Below, piece after piece: positions 46,523-57,024 of a stretch of 64,000 nucleotides of DNA. Below the pieces are notes generated by a model, which was not told the DNA's origin, did not search any database, and was given only the letters and a program-made list of their open reading frames with translations. The stretch is taken from positions 1 through 64,000 of IMG/VR virus record IMGVR_UViG_3300010372_000004. One strand, written 5' to 3'. The translations under genes were made by a program, and so were the position numbers. Within the stretch, counting starts at the first letter, position 1. Each line of letters opens with the position of its first letter. Source of the stretch: a virus.

Positions 46523-47233
46523 ATGCGTTATTTAGCACCAAGTGACACACATACGATCAACGTACCTGTAATCGTTGGTGCTGAATACACAGTACCAACA
46601 GCAGATGGAAAACTGACTACTAGAATTGACAACAATACAACAACCACCGTTATACCTGTTGTTGATTCTAGTACATTAGATATTAGTTTACAGACACCAG
46701 CAGTGGCATCAGGGCAACTTAAAATAATGTCCGTGATGTTGACTATGCCAACCCAAATTGGTCAGTTAAATTATAGAGAAAATTTCGGTATTATCGACTT
46801 AATGGATATACCAGCAACTGGTGATTCTGTTAGAAAATTATTTGGTTTGAATAATTATGAAATACCAGATGAAGAAATGGATTTGGAAGGAAAATATCTA
46901 AGTCTATATAAAGCTTTTATTAATGACTTCCACACTAAACGCCAAACAGATCAATATCTCACAAAATTATTTGGGGATTTAATTTCCATTGTGGAAGCTT
47001 TAAGTTTAGCTCCAAGTTTAATTATCAGAATTGATAAAAAGCGATCAACCGAAAATGGTGAAGTTACTCGCTTTGGAGACGCTGGCGATCTTGCAGAATT
47101 TATAGATGATCTAAATTCTAAGAAAGCAACTATCTTAGACGAACTAGATGACTTCTTGGAAGATGAAGCTCTGACAAGTGTTGCTTATTTACAATTTGTG
47201 CCTATGTATAATCACGCTACAGGCGGTCAATAA
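46523..47233 (+). CDS. Putative head-tail adaptor
   Basis: Synteny. Confidence 0.55.
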   Translation: MRYLAPSDTHTINVPVIVGAEYTVPTADGKLTTRIDNNTTTTVIPVVDSSTLDISLQTPAVASGQLKIMSVMLTMPTQIGQLNYRENFGIIDLMDIPATGDSVRKLFGLNNYEIPDEEMDLEGKYLSLYKAFINDFHTKRQTDQYLTKLFGDLISIVEALSLAPSLIIRIDKKRSTENGEVTRFGDAGDLAEFIDDLNSKKATILDELDDFLEDEALTSVAYLQFVPMYNHATGGQ

Positions 47234-47234
47234 T

Positions 47235-47789
47235 ATGGCAATTCCTTTAATAAATAAGCAAAAGCATAAAGAGACTTTTAGGATTTTGTCAAATCCAGCT
47301 TTAAAAGTCTTGGCTTTGGTGCATGAACCACCTCAAGATATTCGCTACTCTAATAACTCTGTTGTTAGAATGATTGAAATAGCTGGCACAGCACTCGACG
47401 TTCAAGGAAAACAAATACAAAATATTGGTCGTGCTCAAGCTATTTATTTGATGGGTTCCTTTATGTTGTATCGAGATGATAGAACGTATAGAGCTTATGA
47501 GGTAACTCACAAGCAACAAAACTGGTCTAGGCAAGAAAAAGAAATTCACAAAGTTACTGGTTTAGAGACTGGAAAATCTAAATATTTAGATTTAGGAAAA
47601 ATAAACATCAGTGTTTTATGGGACTCAAAACCAGCCAACAGTGATGTAAACCCAACTCAGTTTTGCACAATCTACAGCACTGACGAATTAAAGGCAGCAG
47701 ATGTTGTAGGACCTTTCCTTATCCGTGAAGTGAAAAAGGACTATGGTTTATGGATTGCTCGTGCTGAGTATGAAACTGTGAAGGTTTAA
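47235..47789 (+). CDS. Putative head closure protein
   Basis: Synteny; start moved to MAIPL. Confidence 0.5.
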   Translation: MAIPLINKQKHKETFRILSNPALKVLALVHEPPQDIRYSNNSVVRMIEIAGTALDVQGKQIQNIGRAQAIYLMGSFMLYRDDRTYRAYEVTHKQQNWSRQEKEIHKVTGLETGKSKYLDLGKINISVLWDSKPANSDVNPTQFCTIYSTDELKAADVVGPFLIREVKKDYGLWIARAEYETVKV

Positions 47790-47790
47790 A

Positions 47791-48771
47791 ATGGCTAAAA
47801 AATTACCTACAGTTGTTTTAGACGGGGTTGACCAACTACTTTTAAGAGTAGAAGGTCAATTCAATTTAGAAATGGACAAAAGAATATTAGATATTTCTGG
47901 TGACTTTGCAAAGCAAATGGATGTTGCAGCGCAGAAAGTATTTAAAGCTATGGCTGTGGGTGCAACAACACAAGGCATTACAGGTCAGCCAGTAATTGGT
48001 CGCTATTTAAGTGCACCATCTTTTCTTAAACCCTATATTCCAGCAGATGAGTCTTGGAAGCCCCTAAATAAAAAGTATTTGAGACGAAAAAGACGTTTAA
48101 TGGGGTCAAGAGATTTGCGTGGAAATAAAATATCTACGATGAATATGTGGCAATATTCAGGAGATTTAAAAAGAATATTTCAAAGAAATTCAACTGCCTT
48201 TACCCGAATGAGTGGTAACACCTTTAGATATAGAAGCACATATAATACCTCAACAAAACAGTTTGATTCACGACGAGTAGATGGTCGAAAAAAAGAAGAC
48301 ATATTATTTAGAGCAATCCCAGCGGTGGGTGGTAATACAGGTAAAAACTCATTAGGTTATGATTTTACATATATTGGCTCTAGTCTAAATGTTAAATATA
48401 CAGATAAGCACAAACTAGCTGGGAATTATGCTCGACCAAACAACATTGCCAGAATGAACCGATATATTGGTTTTAATGTTTTCAATGGCTTGTCCAAGTA
48501 TATGGATGCTTTTTTTAACGGTGGTGAAGCTCCCAGAGTTGAGGATTATATTGATTCACAATATGGTGGAAAGGCAATTTATAAAAATTCTGGTTTAAAT
48601 AGAACTTTCAATTCAAAAGGTTTTTATACTAGAAATTTAACTATTGCCAATAAACTCACATATTATGCTCAAGGTAAAAGAATGCGTAGAGGTTTAATTC
48701 AACCATATATGCTGTATTATGCTAATAAAGTTATGCGACCTGTAGCGCAAAAATTGATTCAAGGAAAATAA
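47791..48771 (+). CDS. Putative tail completion/neck protein
   Basis: Very basic, W.PL.K.Y..RK...SG.L pattern; synteny. Confidence 0.55.
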   Translation: MAKKLPTVVLDGVDQLLLRVEGQFNLEMDKRILDISGDFAKQMDVAAQKVFKAMAVGATTQGITGQPVIGRYLSAPSFLKPYIPADESWKPLNKKYLRRKRRLMGSRDLRGNKISTMNMWQYSGDLKRIFQRNSTAFTRMSGNTFRYRSTYNTSTKQFDSRRVDGRKKEDILFRAIPAVGGNTGKNSLGYDFTYIGSSLNVKYTDKHKLAGNYARPNNIARMNRYIGFNVFNGLSKYMDAFFNGGEAPRVEDYIDSQYGGKAIYKNSGLNRTFNSKGFYTRNLTIANKLTYYAQGKRMRRGLIQPYMLYYANKVMRPVAQKLIQGK

Positions 48772-48772
48772 C

Positions 48773-49270
48773 ATGGCTATTGTAGAAAGAGCATACCAAT
48801 ATGCTGATATTTATGTCAGTTTATTGAAGTACATCAATGATTTAGCTACAAGAATAGCTGCTAAATATGATGTACCTCCTTTAAGTGCCATTAATTTAGA
48901 CAGTGTTACAGACTTCGCTAAATTACCAGCGAATGATTTTATCTTTATCGCTGACTGGACAATTCAAAGAGATGGTCATGTTTATGGTGATTATCATGAA
49001 TTAATTATTGGTTTTAGTGTTGTAAATGATGTAAATTTTACAAAACTAGAAACGATGTATCTAAATGAACTTATGTTAGATATTACAAAAAGAAAGCCTT
49101 GTAGAACAGCAATAGATATTTTTAAAGAAAACAACACTGGTGTTGTGGGTACACTCATTTATTCAGATGATTGTGAAACCATGTCGATGACACGTAATGA
49201 TTCACGTTGTTTTAAAGGTGTTTCTGTGACTTTATTAAGTCCACAGCGGTTAACTGAAAAAGGTGGTTAA
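48773..49270 (+). CDS. Putative tail terminator
   Basis: Synteny before major tail protein. Confidence 0.55.
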   Translation: MAIVERAYQYADIYVSLLKYINDLATRIAAKYDVPPLSAINLDSVTDFAKLPANDFIFIADWTIQRDGHVYGDYHELIIGFSVVNDVNFTKLETMYLNELMLDITKRKPCRTAIDIFKENNTGVVGTLIYSDDCETMSMTRNDSRCFKGVSVTLLSPQRLTEKGG

Positions 49271-49336
49271 AGCTATTCTTTTTGTTTATAATTTGGCAAG
49301 ACTAGCTATAGTTACAACAAATATGTCGAGGAAAGT

Positions 49337-50134
49337 ATGACAGCTCAAAATTTTGGTTCAGCATTGGGTGACGGTTTCGTTTTAAACGAAGCAACACTCA
49401 TGATCGGTCCTCTTGGTAGTGCTTTAGATTTAACTGAAGAAGAACATAGCTTCGGTTTATTCAAAAACATGGCTTTGACCAATGATAAAACATTCCAACC
49501 CTTGACTCAAGGCGTTCGTCAAGATGTAGTTCATCAAACACTTACATCCGACAACTGGACACTTGCTGGAAATGGTTATGAATATAACCCACGTACCATC
49601 ATGTACGCTCTTGGACAAGCTGGTTATACAGCAGACCCAACAGCTCCACGTGTGAAAGTTACTTTAACAGCACCAAGTGCTGTTGCTGAATCCACAATTA
49701 CTGTTGATGCTACCACAGGTTTGGCAGTAGATGACTGGATTATCCTTTCACCAAACAACGGCAACACAGACGGTTTGGCTTATAAAATTAAGACGATTGC
49801 TACTAATGTGATTACCCTTGATCGACCACTTGTTTCCGCAGTGGCTGTGGGTGATAAGGCAGTTAAGTCAACACTTATCATGACAAATGATATTGAAAGC
49901 TGCTCTGGTGCAAACTATTACTCAGCAAAAATTGTCTCTGCTGACGTAAACTGCAACCCAATTGTAATCATTGCCCCTAAAGTTCAAATTACATCAGGTT
50001 TAAATTTGACATTCGGTGTTTCAGATTACTCAAACATGAACTTCCAAGCAACACCAATGGCTCTTACTCGTAAAGACGCTGGTTATGATTGGTATGTTGC
50101 TCAAGGTAAATCAAAAGTTGTATTGATTACCTAA
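49337..50134 (+). CDS. Major tail protein
   Basis: Beta-rich, followed by terminator 50145-50174 and chaperones. Confidence 0.8.
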   Translation: MTAQNFGSALGDGFVLNEATLMIGPLGSALDLTEEEHSFGLFKNMALTNDKTFQPLTQGVRQDVVHQTLTSDNWTLAGNGYEYNPRTIMYALGQAGYTADPTAPRVKVTLTAPSAVAESTITVDATTGLAVDDWIILSPNNGNTDGLAYKIKTIATNVITLDRPLVSAVAVGDKAVKSTLIMTNDIESCSGANYYSAKIVSADVNCNPIVIIAPKVQITSGLNLTFGVSDYSNMNFQATPMALTRKDAGYDWYVAQGKSKVVLIT

Positions 50135-50199
50135 TTGTGACTATAATAAAACCCACCCAAGAGTGGGTTTTATTTTTGCCTAATAAATGAGGAAAGAGT

Positions 50200-50616
50200 A
50201 TGTCAGCTATTGAAACAAATGCAGATGCTGGGGTTAAAGAATTTAAGATAGGTGGAAAACTTCGTGAAATAAAATTCACTGCAGCTACACGTTATCGCTT
50301 ATTTTTAAATGTTGAAAAAGAAGATATTCAGGGCTATGTGACCTCTGATCTTTTCAAAATAACAGCTGTTGCTTTATTACTTTATGGTAAAGAAACAATC
50401 GGCAAAAAGCTTGACGAATTGATGGATATGTTTGAAAACGATAACTTAATGGACGATGAAATGGAAGAAATCGTAGGTTGGGTGCGTCAAAGAACATTAA
50501 ATTTTATGTTGAAAGAAGCCGAGGAAGTGGGGAAAGCTCTGGAACAGGTGATGCCGAAAGCGATGGCATTAAACAATACCTTAACTGGTTTTCAGGACTC
50601 AGTTTCCACGAAGTAA
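50200..50616 (+). CDS. Tail assembly chaperone (gpG-like)
   Basis: Between major tail protein and tape measure. Confidence 0.75.
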   Translation: MSAIETNADAGVKEFKIGGKLREIKFTAATRYRLFLNVEKEDIQGYVTSDLFKITAVALLLYGKETIGKKLDELMDMFENDNLMDDEMEEIVGWVRQRTLNFMLKEAEEVGKALEQVMPKAMALNNTLTGFQDSVSTK

Positions 50617-50897
50617 TTTGTTTAATCTATCAAATCCATTTTTCTGATCTACAAAGTTTTCTGTGGACAGTAACGATGGAGGATATAGAACTCAGATTAA
50701 AAGTGTATATCCAAGAAAAACAAACGACATTTGTTCAAGCTCAAGAGATTTTGGTCCTTCTAGCAAAAAGTATTTTAGGTTCAGATACAAATCCTAAGTC
50801 AAATGATACAATGGGTGAAAAGTTTAAACACTTACCAGTATTTAATGACGTAAATCAGGTGGCAGCTTGGTTTAAAGGACAAAAACAGAATGGCTAA
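50478..50897 (+). CDS. Tail chaperone extension (gpT-like), probably reached by -1 frameshift
   Basis: Overlaps gpG-like ORF in the -1 frame, no convincing own start. Confidence 0.65.
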   Translation: MGASKNIKFYVERSRGSGESSGTGDAESDGIKQYLNWFSGLSFHEVICLIYQIHFSDLQSFLWTVTMEDIELRLKVYIQEKQTTFVQAQEILVLLAKSILGSDTNPKSNDTMGEKFKHLPVFNDVNQVAAWFKGQKQNG

Positions 50898-53800
50898 TCA
50901 GCAAGAACCAATCAATGTCGGACTCAATCTCCAAGGCAACGCCTTGGGGAGCGTCAACCAATTAACCCAACACATGATCGCTTTAAGAGATATAGCTAAA
51001 GCTGTTGGTGATCAATTTGATCGTATAAACAAAGCAAATAAAACAGGCAATATCCCTAACGCTAATACTCTAAAACGCCTACGCCAACAAATGGACTTGA
51101 TGGTAACTTCACCTCAAAGTATTACCGCCAAGGCTCAACTTCAACACTACTCAAATTTAAGTAATATTAGCAGAGCAAACCAAGTATCAGCCTTGGTCAA
51201 TTCTAATCTTAAATTCCAAGACCCTAGAACAATGAGCACAATGTTTGCTCAATTTGATCAACAGGTTCTGAAACAAGCATTAAAAACACGCTTAGATATT
51301 GCTAATTTAAATGGTGATATTAAAAAAATTAAAGCTGCTGAACAGGCTTTGATTCAGTATAAAAACACCTTAAAAAATCTTAATAATGAGTTTAAGGGTC
51401 TTGATTATATAAAACGTCAAAGTGATGCTTCAATCCAGAGCATGATGCAAATGCCAGCTGGACAGTTAGCGTTACAACGAAGTATTCAAGCACGAAACCT
51501 GAACCAATTCGGAAGTGGTGCAAGAGAATCTGCTGTTCAGAAATATATGACTGACCCTTCACGGTTAGTTCCAGCGAATAGAGATTACACCAACGCTAAT
51601 GCAGACCAGATTCGTAAGGACATGCAAGCCAACGCATCTAAAATGGCTGCAGCTCAACGTCTCATGGGTCAATTATATTTACAAGACCCTGCTAAAAATC
51701 CTCAAGTAAGCCAACAACTTAATCAATATAGTCAAATGTTGGCGAAGCTTGAGGAAGAAAAAACAAGACTCCAAGCGATTCAAAATTTGCGTAGAGCAAA
51801 TTTACGAACTACAGATGAACAAATTCAAAAATTACGTCAAGTCAATGATGCTACCAAAGTTAATCAGCGTTTGACAGAATTAACCAACGGTGGTTTAAGG
51901 GTCAATACTTTAAGCACTGAACGAATTGCTCAACTAAGCCCAGACAATTTGATTGCTCGTCAAATGACCATGACCAAGCGTTTGTCTCAGGCTAAAGAAG
52001 TCATGTTCCAAGCTGAATCGCTTGGTAATGCCAAAGCTAAAAAAGAAGCAGAAGCTTTAGCTATTGCATACCAAAAAGAACTGGATTTAATCAAGGCTCG
52101 TAATCGTGAGATTGCCAACGCTAATAAACCAAACAGTTTTGTCACTCGTTTGAGGGACATGAATACTGGGGAGTCTAGTGGTGCTTTATTAGGTATGCAA
52201 GGTTTATTGATGCGTAACTACATGTTGTGGGGAGCCTTCATGGGTTCAATCACAGGTAGTTATGCTTTCTTGCGTGACTTTGAATTAGCTTTGAAACAAA
52301 CACAAGCAATTTCTCAAGCTACCGACACCCAAATGATTGGATTAAAACAATCCATTTTGGAAGTTGGTGAAAATTCACGCTTTAGTGCGATTGAAATTAC
52401 AGAAGCAGCTACAACTTTAGCTCAAGCTGGTTTCTCTTTAGCCGAAATTCAAAAAACTTTGCAGTCAGTCACATTATTGGCTACAGCTACTGGTTCAAGT
52501 CTGAAAGAAACGGTTGATATTGCAACAGCTTCTTTGGGTGCATTCCAATTATCTGCAGACAATATGCCTAAAATTGTCAACCAGATTACCCAAGCTATGA
52601 ACTTATCTAAATTGGATATTCAAAAATTCCAATTGGCGGTTCAATACGCTGGTAACGCTGCATCAGACGCTGGCTTAAACTTTGAAGAACTATTGGCTTC
52701 GGTATCTACAGTAGCCAACGCTGGTGTACGCTCTGGTTCAACACTAGGTACAGGCTTCCGTCAGTTATTGACAGATTTGATCTCCCCTTCTCAAAAATTT
52801 GAGAAAATTTTAGCTCGTTTAGGTTTAACGACAGCAGATATTGATGTTCGTACAAACGGATTGGTTGGTTCGCTTAAAAAACTTAAAGAAGCTGGATTCA
52901 CTACAGCAGATGCTTATGAGTCATTTGAAGTTCGTTCGGTAGCGTTTTATACAGCCTTGGCGAACAACACTGACACTTATGATAATTTAACAGCTAACTT
53001 GGATAACAATACTGCAGCTATGGAAGCCAATGAGATTCAAATGAACTCATTAGGTGCTCAGACTGACCGTATGTTTAACCAGTTCAAGGCATTATCAGAA
53101 ACAGCTGGTGAAGGTGTTCGTAAATCTTTAACTGATTTATTTCACGTTGTTGGTGATTTAACTACAATTTTGATTTCTCTAACGAACAATGGTGTTGTCA
53201 AATTTACAGTTCAAGCAGTCACTATGGGTGTAGCCCTTGGTGGTGTGACGATTTTGGTTAGAGGTATGTACGGAGCTGTAATTGGTTTAGCTGCAGCCTT
53301 GAAAACTACAGGGGCGACTTTTGCCTTAACTACACCATATATTTTTGCTATTGCTACTGCTGTCAGTGCTGCAATTATCCTATTCCAGAAATTTTCACAA
53401 TCAAATGAAAAATTAAAAGCTGCTGTTGAAGATAGTAAAACCTCTTTGAATAATTTAAAAGATGCTTCAACCAGTTTGCAAGGTGGAATAACTGAGGTAA
53501 CGAATAAACTCACTTCATTAGAATCTCGTTTTGAAAATATTAAAGACGACCCTGCAGCTTTGGCTGTGGAAATGTCTAACCTAAGAACCAAAGCAATGGA
53601 ATTAGGTGTTACTTTAGAAACGGATTTAAACGGTAGCATTGAATCAGTTAAAAAAGGCTGGCAAGAACTTCGCATAGAGCTTGGTAAAGAATTAGAAATG
53701 AACTTAGACCGTCAAGTGTCTGAGCTTCGTAATTTATCAGCGTTGACAGCCCAAATGAGAGCTGAAGAAGCTATTCGTAATAAACCAACATCTATTGGTG

Positions 53801-56800
53801 CAGCAGCCAAAGGTGGTTATGGTTTGATTTATGATGCTTACAATTTAAAAAATCAATCAGGTAAATTACCAGCCAACCCTTCTGGTGATGATGCTACCCA
53901 ATTTTTCACAATGATGGGTGCTTTTAATAAAGAAGCAACCAGTTTAGATGTATTTAATGAAGCAGCTAAATTCGGTGGTAAAGGTGCGCCAACAGGTGCT
54001 CAGATGAATAAGATGTTAGAAGCACTACATCAAGATTTATCAACACCTCAATCAAGTGATGTTGTTCTTAAAAAAGCACCTGAATGGAATAAACAAGCCA
54101 ACCAATTATTAACTGCTTTGAACCGAGCTAGAGATGGTTATTTAAAGGCAGCAAACAATACAGCAATATCAGCAGAAGCTAGAAAAAATGCTAGAACTTC
54201 TGCTGACAGTGTTACTAACTTGGCTAAAACAGTTCAAGATATTCAAACATATTTAAATTCAATTTCTCAACCATTGATTCAAGCTGAATCAATGTCTAGT
54301 CAAGCGAAAGCGCAAGGCTACACTAACCAGTTGAATACAGAGTTGATGGATGGTACTTTCTCCCAAAAACATAAAGTTAATTGGGGTAAAGCTCTATCAG
54401 TTGTGGACCCGAAAAGAGCTAAACCAGTAAGAGCAGAAAACTTACGCTTTTTGCGTGAAGAATTAATGCCTTACGTGAATGAAGCTGCAGCTTTAACAGG
54501 GCTTCCACCTGAATACATTATTTCCCACATGGCGCAAGAATCAGGTATCAGTAAAGATAAATCTGTATTGGGTAAAAACCCTGACGGTTCTACAACATCA
54601 GCCGTTGGTTTGATGCAAGTAACCGAGGCTGCAGCTAAAGATGTTGGAATTGGTTATAACACTATCTCGAATGATTATCGAGCAAACATCATAGCTGGTG
54701 CTAAATACTTGAAACAAATGAAAGATGCCACAGATGGTACTTTGTATAGTGGGTCAAGAGCTTATTATATGGGCATCGGAAATTGGCAAGATGAAAAAGC
54801 CAAGGGTTCAAATAGTCGATCAGGCGAAGCTAATGCGTATGCTAAAGGTATTTTTTCAACAGTAAACGCTATTCAAAAAGGTAACTTTGGTAATGTTGTT
54901 TTACAGCAAAACGGTATGCCAAAAGAACTTTCTGATAACGTCACCCAAGGTCAACAATTAAAGTCATATCATGATTTTGTTATGGCTGAGTTGAGTATGC
55001 TTCCAAAAGACGTAAATAAAATGTCTGAGGAGCAAAAGACAAAATATAAAGACCTGATTGCACAAGAAAAAGCATTGGCAGATAAAATGGCAGATGTAAG
55101 TGCTTCGGTCAATAACAGCCTTCGTTCAGCGAGAGCAGAGCAAGATCAAATTCGAAAAAGCACTTTAGAAAATTTAAATGAAAAAAGTGAACTTCTTCAA
55201 AATGAGATTACTGCTACTGAAGCACAGTTGAAGGAGAAATTTGACCCAGAAGTAGACAATAATCTAAAAGCTTTCAATGAAAAACAAAAGCAACTGTTTG
55301 ATAAAGCTAAAGATTTAAGAACTCAACAAGCTAAATTAAAAGCAGATATGGAGCAGCTACAAGCTGCAGACTATGGTGCAAATTCAACTGATTTTGTTAT
55401 TTCACCAGCGGTGGCAGCTATTGCCAAAATTAAGCTTGATCGTGAATTAAATTCAATCAACACCGATATTGAGCAAAAGCGTAAAGCTCAGTTGAAGGAA
55501 TCAAGTAAAGCTTTTGCTGATTTAATTAAAAAACAAAATACTGAATTTGTAGATTCTTTTAAAAACGAATTGCAAGATTTGGATGAACCATATCAGGATG
55601 CTTTAACTGTAAATGCTTTTAATAAACAAAAAAGCACTTGGAAATTGGAAGATGAATTAGGTCTTACTGATATGAGAAATCGTCGTGCTTCTATGGAAGA
55701 CCCACGATTCAAAAATCAATTTACCGATGCTGAAAGAAATGACCTAGATTTGGCTATTCAGGCACAAGCAAGTCGTGTTGATGAAGTGAATCAAAATTAT
55801 CTTATTGCTGAAAGAGATATTACCCTTCAACAAATTAAAAAAGTTGAAGATAAATTAACTGAATATGAAGTTAAATTTAGAGAGTTTGAAATTCAGCAAA
55901 ATCTTAATCTCACTCAAAATTTATCAGGTACTGAGCTGGAAGCTTTGAAAACAGCTCAAGATAAAGAAATGAATAAAGTGAGTCGAGAGATTCAAAAACA
56001 AAAAAGTGATCTTCTTTCTTTACAGGAAAAAGCTCGTAATATTAACAATACGCTTGAAGCTGCAGCAGCCGATAATCCAGCAGACCGTTACAATATGGCT
56101 GACACCTTCAAAAGTTTGGCTAAATCTGCTGTTCGAAATGATAATTCTGCTGCAGGGTATGAACGTGATATTCAATCAACAATTGGTGGTATTAACTCAG
56201 CCTTCAATAACTTGATTAACACAGCAATTGAAGCCAGCGATAATGTGGATGATTTCTTTAAAATCATCACAGGCGGTTCTGGTCAATCACGTGAAGCTTT
56301 CAAAGCATTTGGTTATGAAATTATTTCTACAATAGCTAAAGTGGTTCAAAACCGTTTAGTTAATAAATTTGTAGACATGATGATTAGTGGAATCTTCGGT
56401 GGTTCCCCAACATCAAGTAGTGCTGCTTTAAGTGGACAAATGATGGGTCAGAATGCTTCATCAGCCAACAATGGTTCAGGTTGGTGGCAAACAGGTTTAT
56501 CCGCTTTGGTTCAAGCAGGGGTTGGTGCTTTTTCTGGATGGTACGGTGGTTTAGGTGCATCATCAGCTGCTGGGGTTCAGGCATCAGGGGCGACAACGTA
56601 TGGTCTTGGAGCTGATTACTTTAATTCAGGAATAACCTCTAAATCTGTTGTAAACAATGCAGGGGGTATGATTCCAATGGCTTCAGGGGGTGAAATTGTA
56701 GGGGGAGTACCTAACAAGGACTCAGTACCGATTTTGGGTATGCCAAAAGAATATATTTTACCTACATCTACAACTGAAGTAGTTGGTAAAGACTTCTTAT

Positions 56801-57024
56801 CAGGTTTGAGAAAAGACCCACATGGTATGATGGCTGCAATAAAAGGAAATAACTTGGCGAACCGTCCACAGATTAATAAGACAGTTCAAAGTAATATTTA
56901 TATGGTAGCACCTCAAGCCGTTCCGTCATCTATTGGACCTAATGACATTGTTGTAGCTGTTTCTGATAATATCAGTCGTAACGGTGAACTTAAACAATTA
57001 ATTAAACAGGTACAAGCAGAATGA
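50890..57024 (+). CDS. Tape measure protein with lytic transglycosylase (SLT) domain
   Basis: TP901-like core; MAQESG, AVGLMQV, NI.AG.KYL, AYY.G at about 54460-54860. Confidence 0.93.
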   Translation: MANQQEPINVGLNLQGNALGSVNQLTQHMIALRDIAKAVGDQFDRINKANKTGNIPNANTLKRLRQQMDLMVTSPQSITAKAQLQHYSNLSNISRANQVSALVNSNLKFQDPRTMSTMFAQFDQQVLKQALKTRLDIANLNGDIKKIKAAEQALIQYKNTLKNLNNEFKGLDYIKRQSDASIQSMMQMPAGQLALQRSIQARNLNQFGSGARESAVQKYMTDPSRLVPANRDYTNANADQIRKDMQANASKMAAAQRLMGQLYLQDPAKNPQVSQQLNQYSQMLAKLEEEKTRLQAIQNLRRANLRTTDEQIQKLRQVNDATKVNQRLTELTNGGLRVNTLSTERIAQLSPDNLIARQMTMTKRLSQAKEVMFQAESLGNAKAKKEAEALAIAYQKELDLIKARNREIANANKPNSFVTRLRDMNTGESSGALLGMQGLLMRNYMLWGAFMGSITGSYAFLRDFELALKQTQAISQATDTQMIGLKQSILEVGENSRFSAIEITEAATTLAQAGFSLAEIQKTLQSVTLLATATGSSLKETVDIATASLGAFQLSADNMPKIVNQITQAMNLSKLDIQKFQLAVQYAGNAASDAGLNFEELLASVSTVANAGVRSGSTLGTGFRQLLTDLISPSQKFEKILARLGLTTADIDVRTNGLVGSLKKLKEAGFTTADAYESFEVRSVAFYTALANNTDTYDNLTANLDNNTAAMEANEIQMNSLGAQTDRMFNQFKALSETAGEGVRKSLTDLFHVVGDLTTILISLTNNGVVKFTVQAVTMGVALGGVTILVRGMYGAVIGLAAALKTTGATFALTTPYIFAIATAVSAAIILFQKFSQSNEKLKAAVEDSKTSLNNLKDASTSLQGGITEVTNKLTSLESRFENIKDDPAALAVEMSNLRTKAMELGVTLETDLNGSIESVKKGWQELRIELGKELEMNLDRQVSELRNLSALTAQMRAEEAIRNKPTSIGAAAKGGYGLIYDAYNLKNQSGKLPANPSGDDATQFFTMMGAFNKEATSLDVFNEAAKFGGKGAPTGAQMNKMLEALHQDLSTPQSSDVVLKKAPEWNKQANQLLTALNRARDGYLKAANNTAISAEARKNARTSADSVTNLAKTVQDIQTYLNSISQPLIQAESMSSQAKAQGYTNQLNTELMDGTFSQKHKVNWGKALSVVDPKRAKPVRAENLRFLREELMPYVNEAAALTGLPPEYIISHMAQESGISKDKSVLGKNPDGSTTSAVGLMQVTEAAAKDVGIGYNTISNDYRANIIAGAKYLKQMKDATDGTLYSGSRAYYMGIGNWQDEKAKGSNSRSGEANAYAKGIFSTVNAIQKGNFGNVVLQQNGMPKELSDNVTQGQQLKSYHDFVMAELSMLPKDVNKMSEEQKTKYKDLIAQEKALADKMADVSASVNNSLRSARAEQDQIRKSTLENLNEKSELLQNEITATEAQLKEKFDPEVDNNLKAFNEKQKQLFDKAKDLRTQQAKLKADMEQLQAADYGANSTDFVISPAVAAIAKIKLDRELNSINTDIEQKRKAQLKESSKAFADLIKKQNTEFVDSFKNELQDLDEPYQDALTVNAFNKQKSTWKLEDELGLTDMRNRRASMEDPRFKNQFTDAERNDLDLAIQAQASRVDEVNQNYLIAERDITLQQIKKVEDKLTEYEVKFREFEIQQNLNLTQNLSGTELEALKTAQDKEMNKVSREIQKQKSDLLSLQEKARNINNTLEAAAADNPADRYNMADTFKSLAKSAVRNDNSAAGYERDIQSTIGGINSAFNNLINTAIEASDNVDDFFKIITGGSGQSREAFKAFGYEIISTIAKVVQNRLVNKFVDMMISGIFGGSPTSSSAALSGQMMGQNASSANNGSGWWQTGLSALVQAGVGAFSGWYGGLGASSAAGVQASGATTYGLGADYFNSGITSKSVVNNAGGMIPMASGGEIVGGVPNKDSVPILGMPKEYILPTSTTEVVGKDFLSGLRKDPHGMMAAIKGNNLANRPQINKTVQSNIYMVAPQAVPSSIGPNDIVVAVSDNISRNGELKQLIKQVQAE

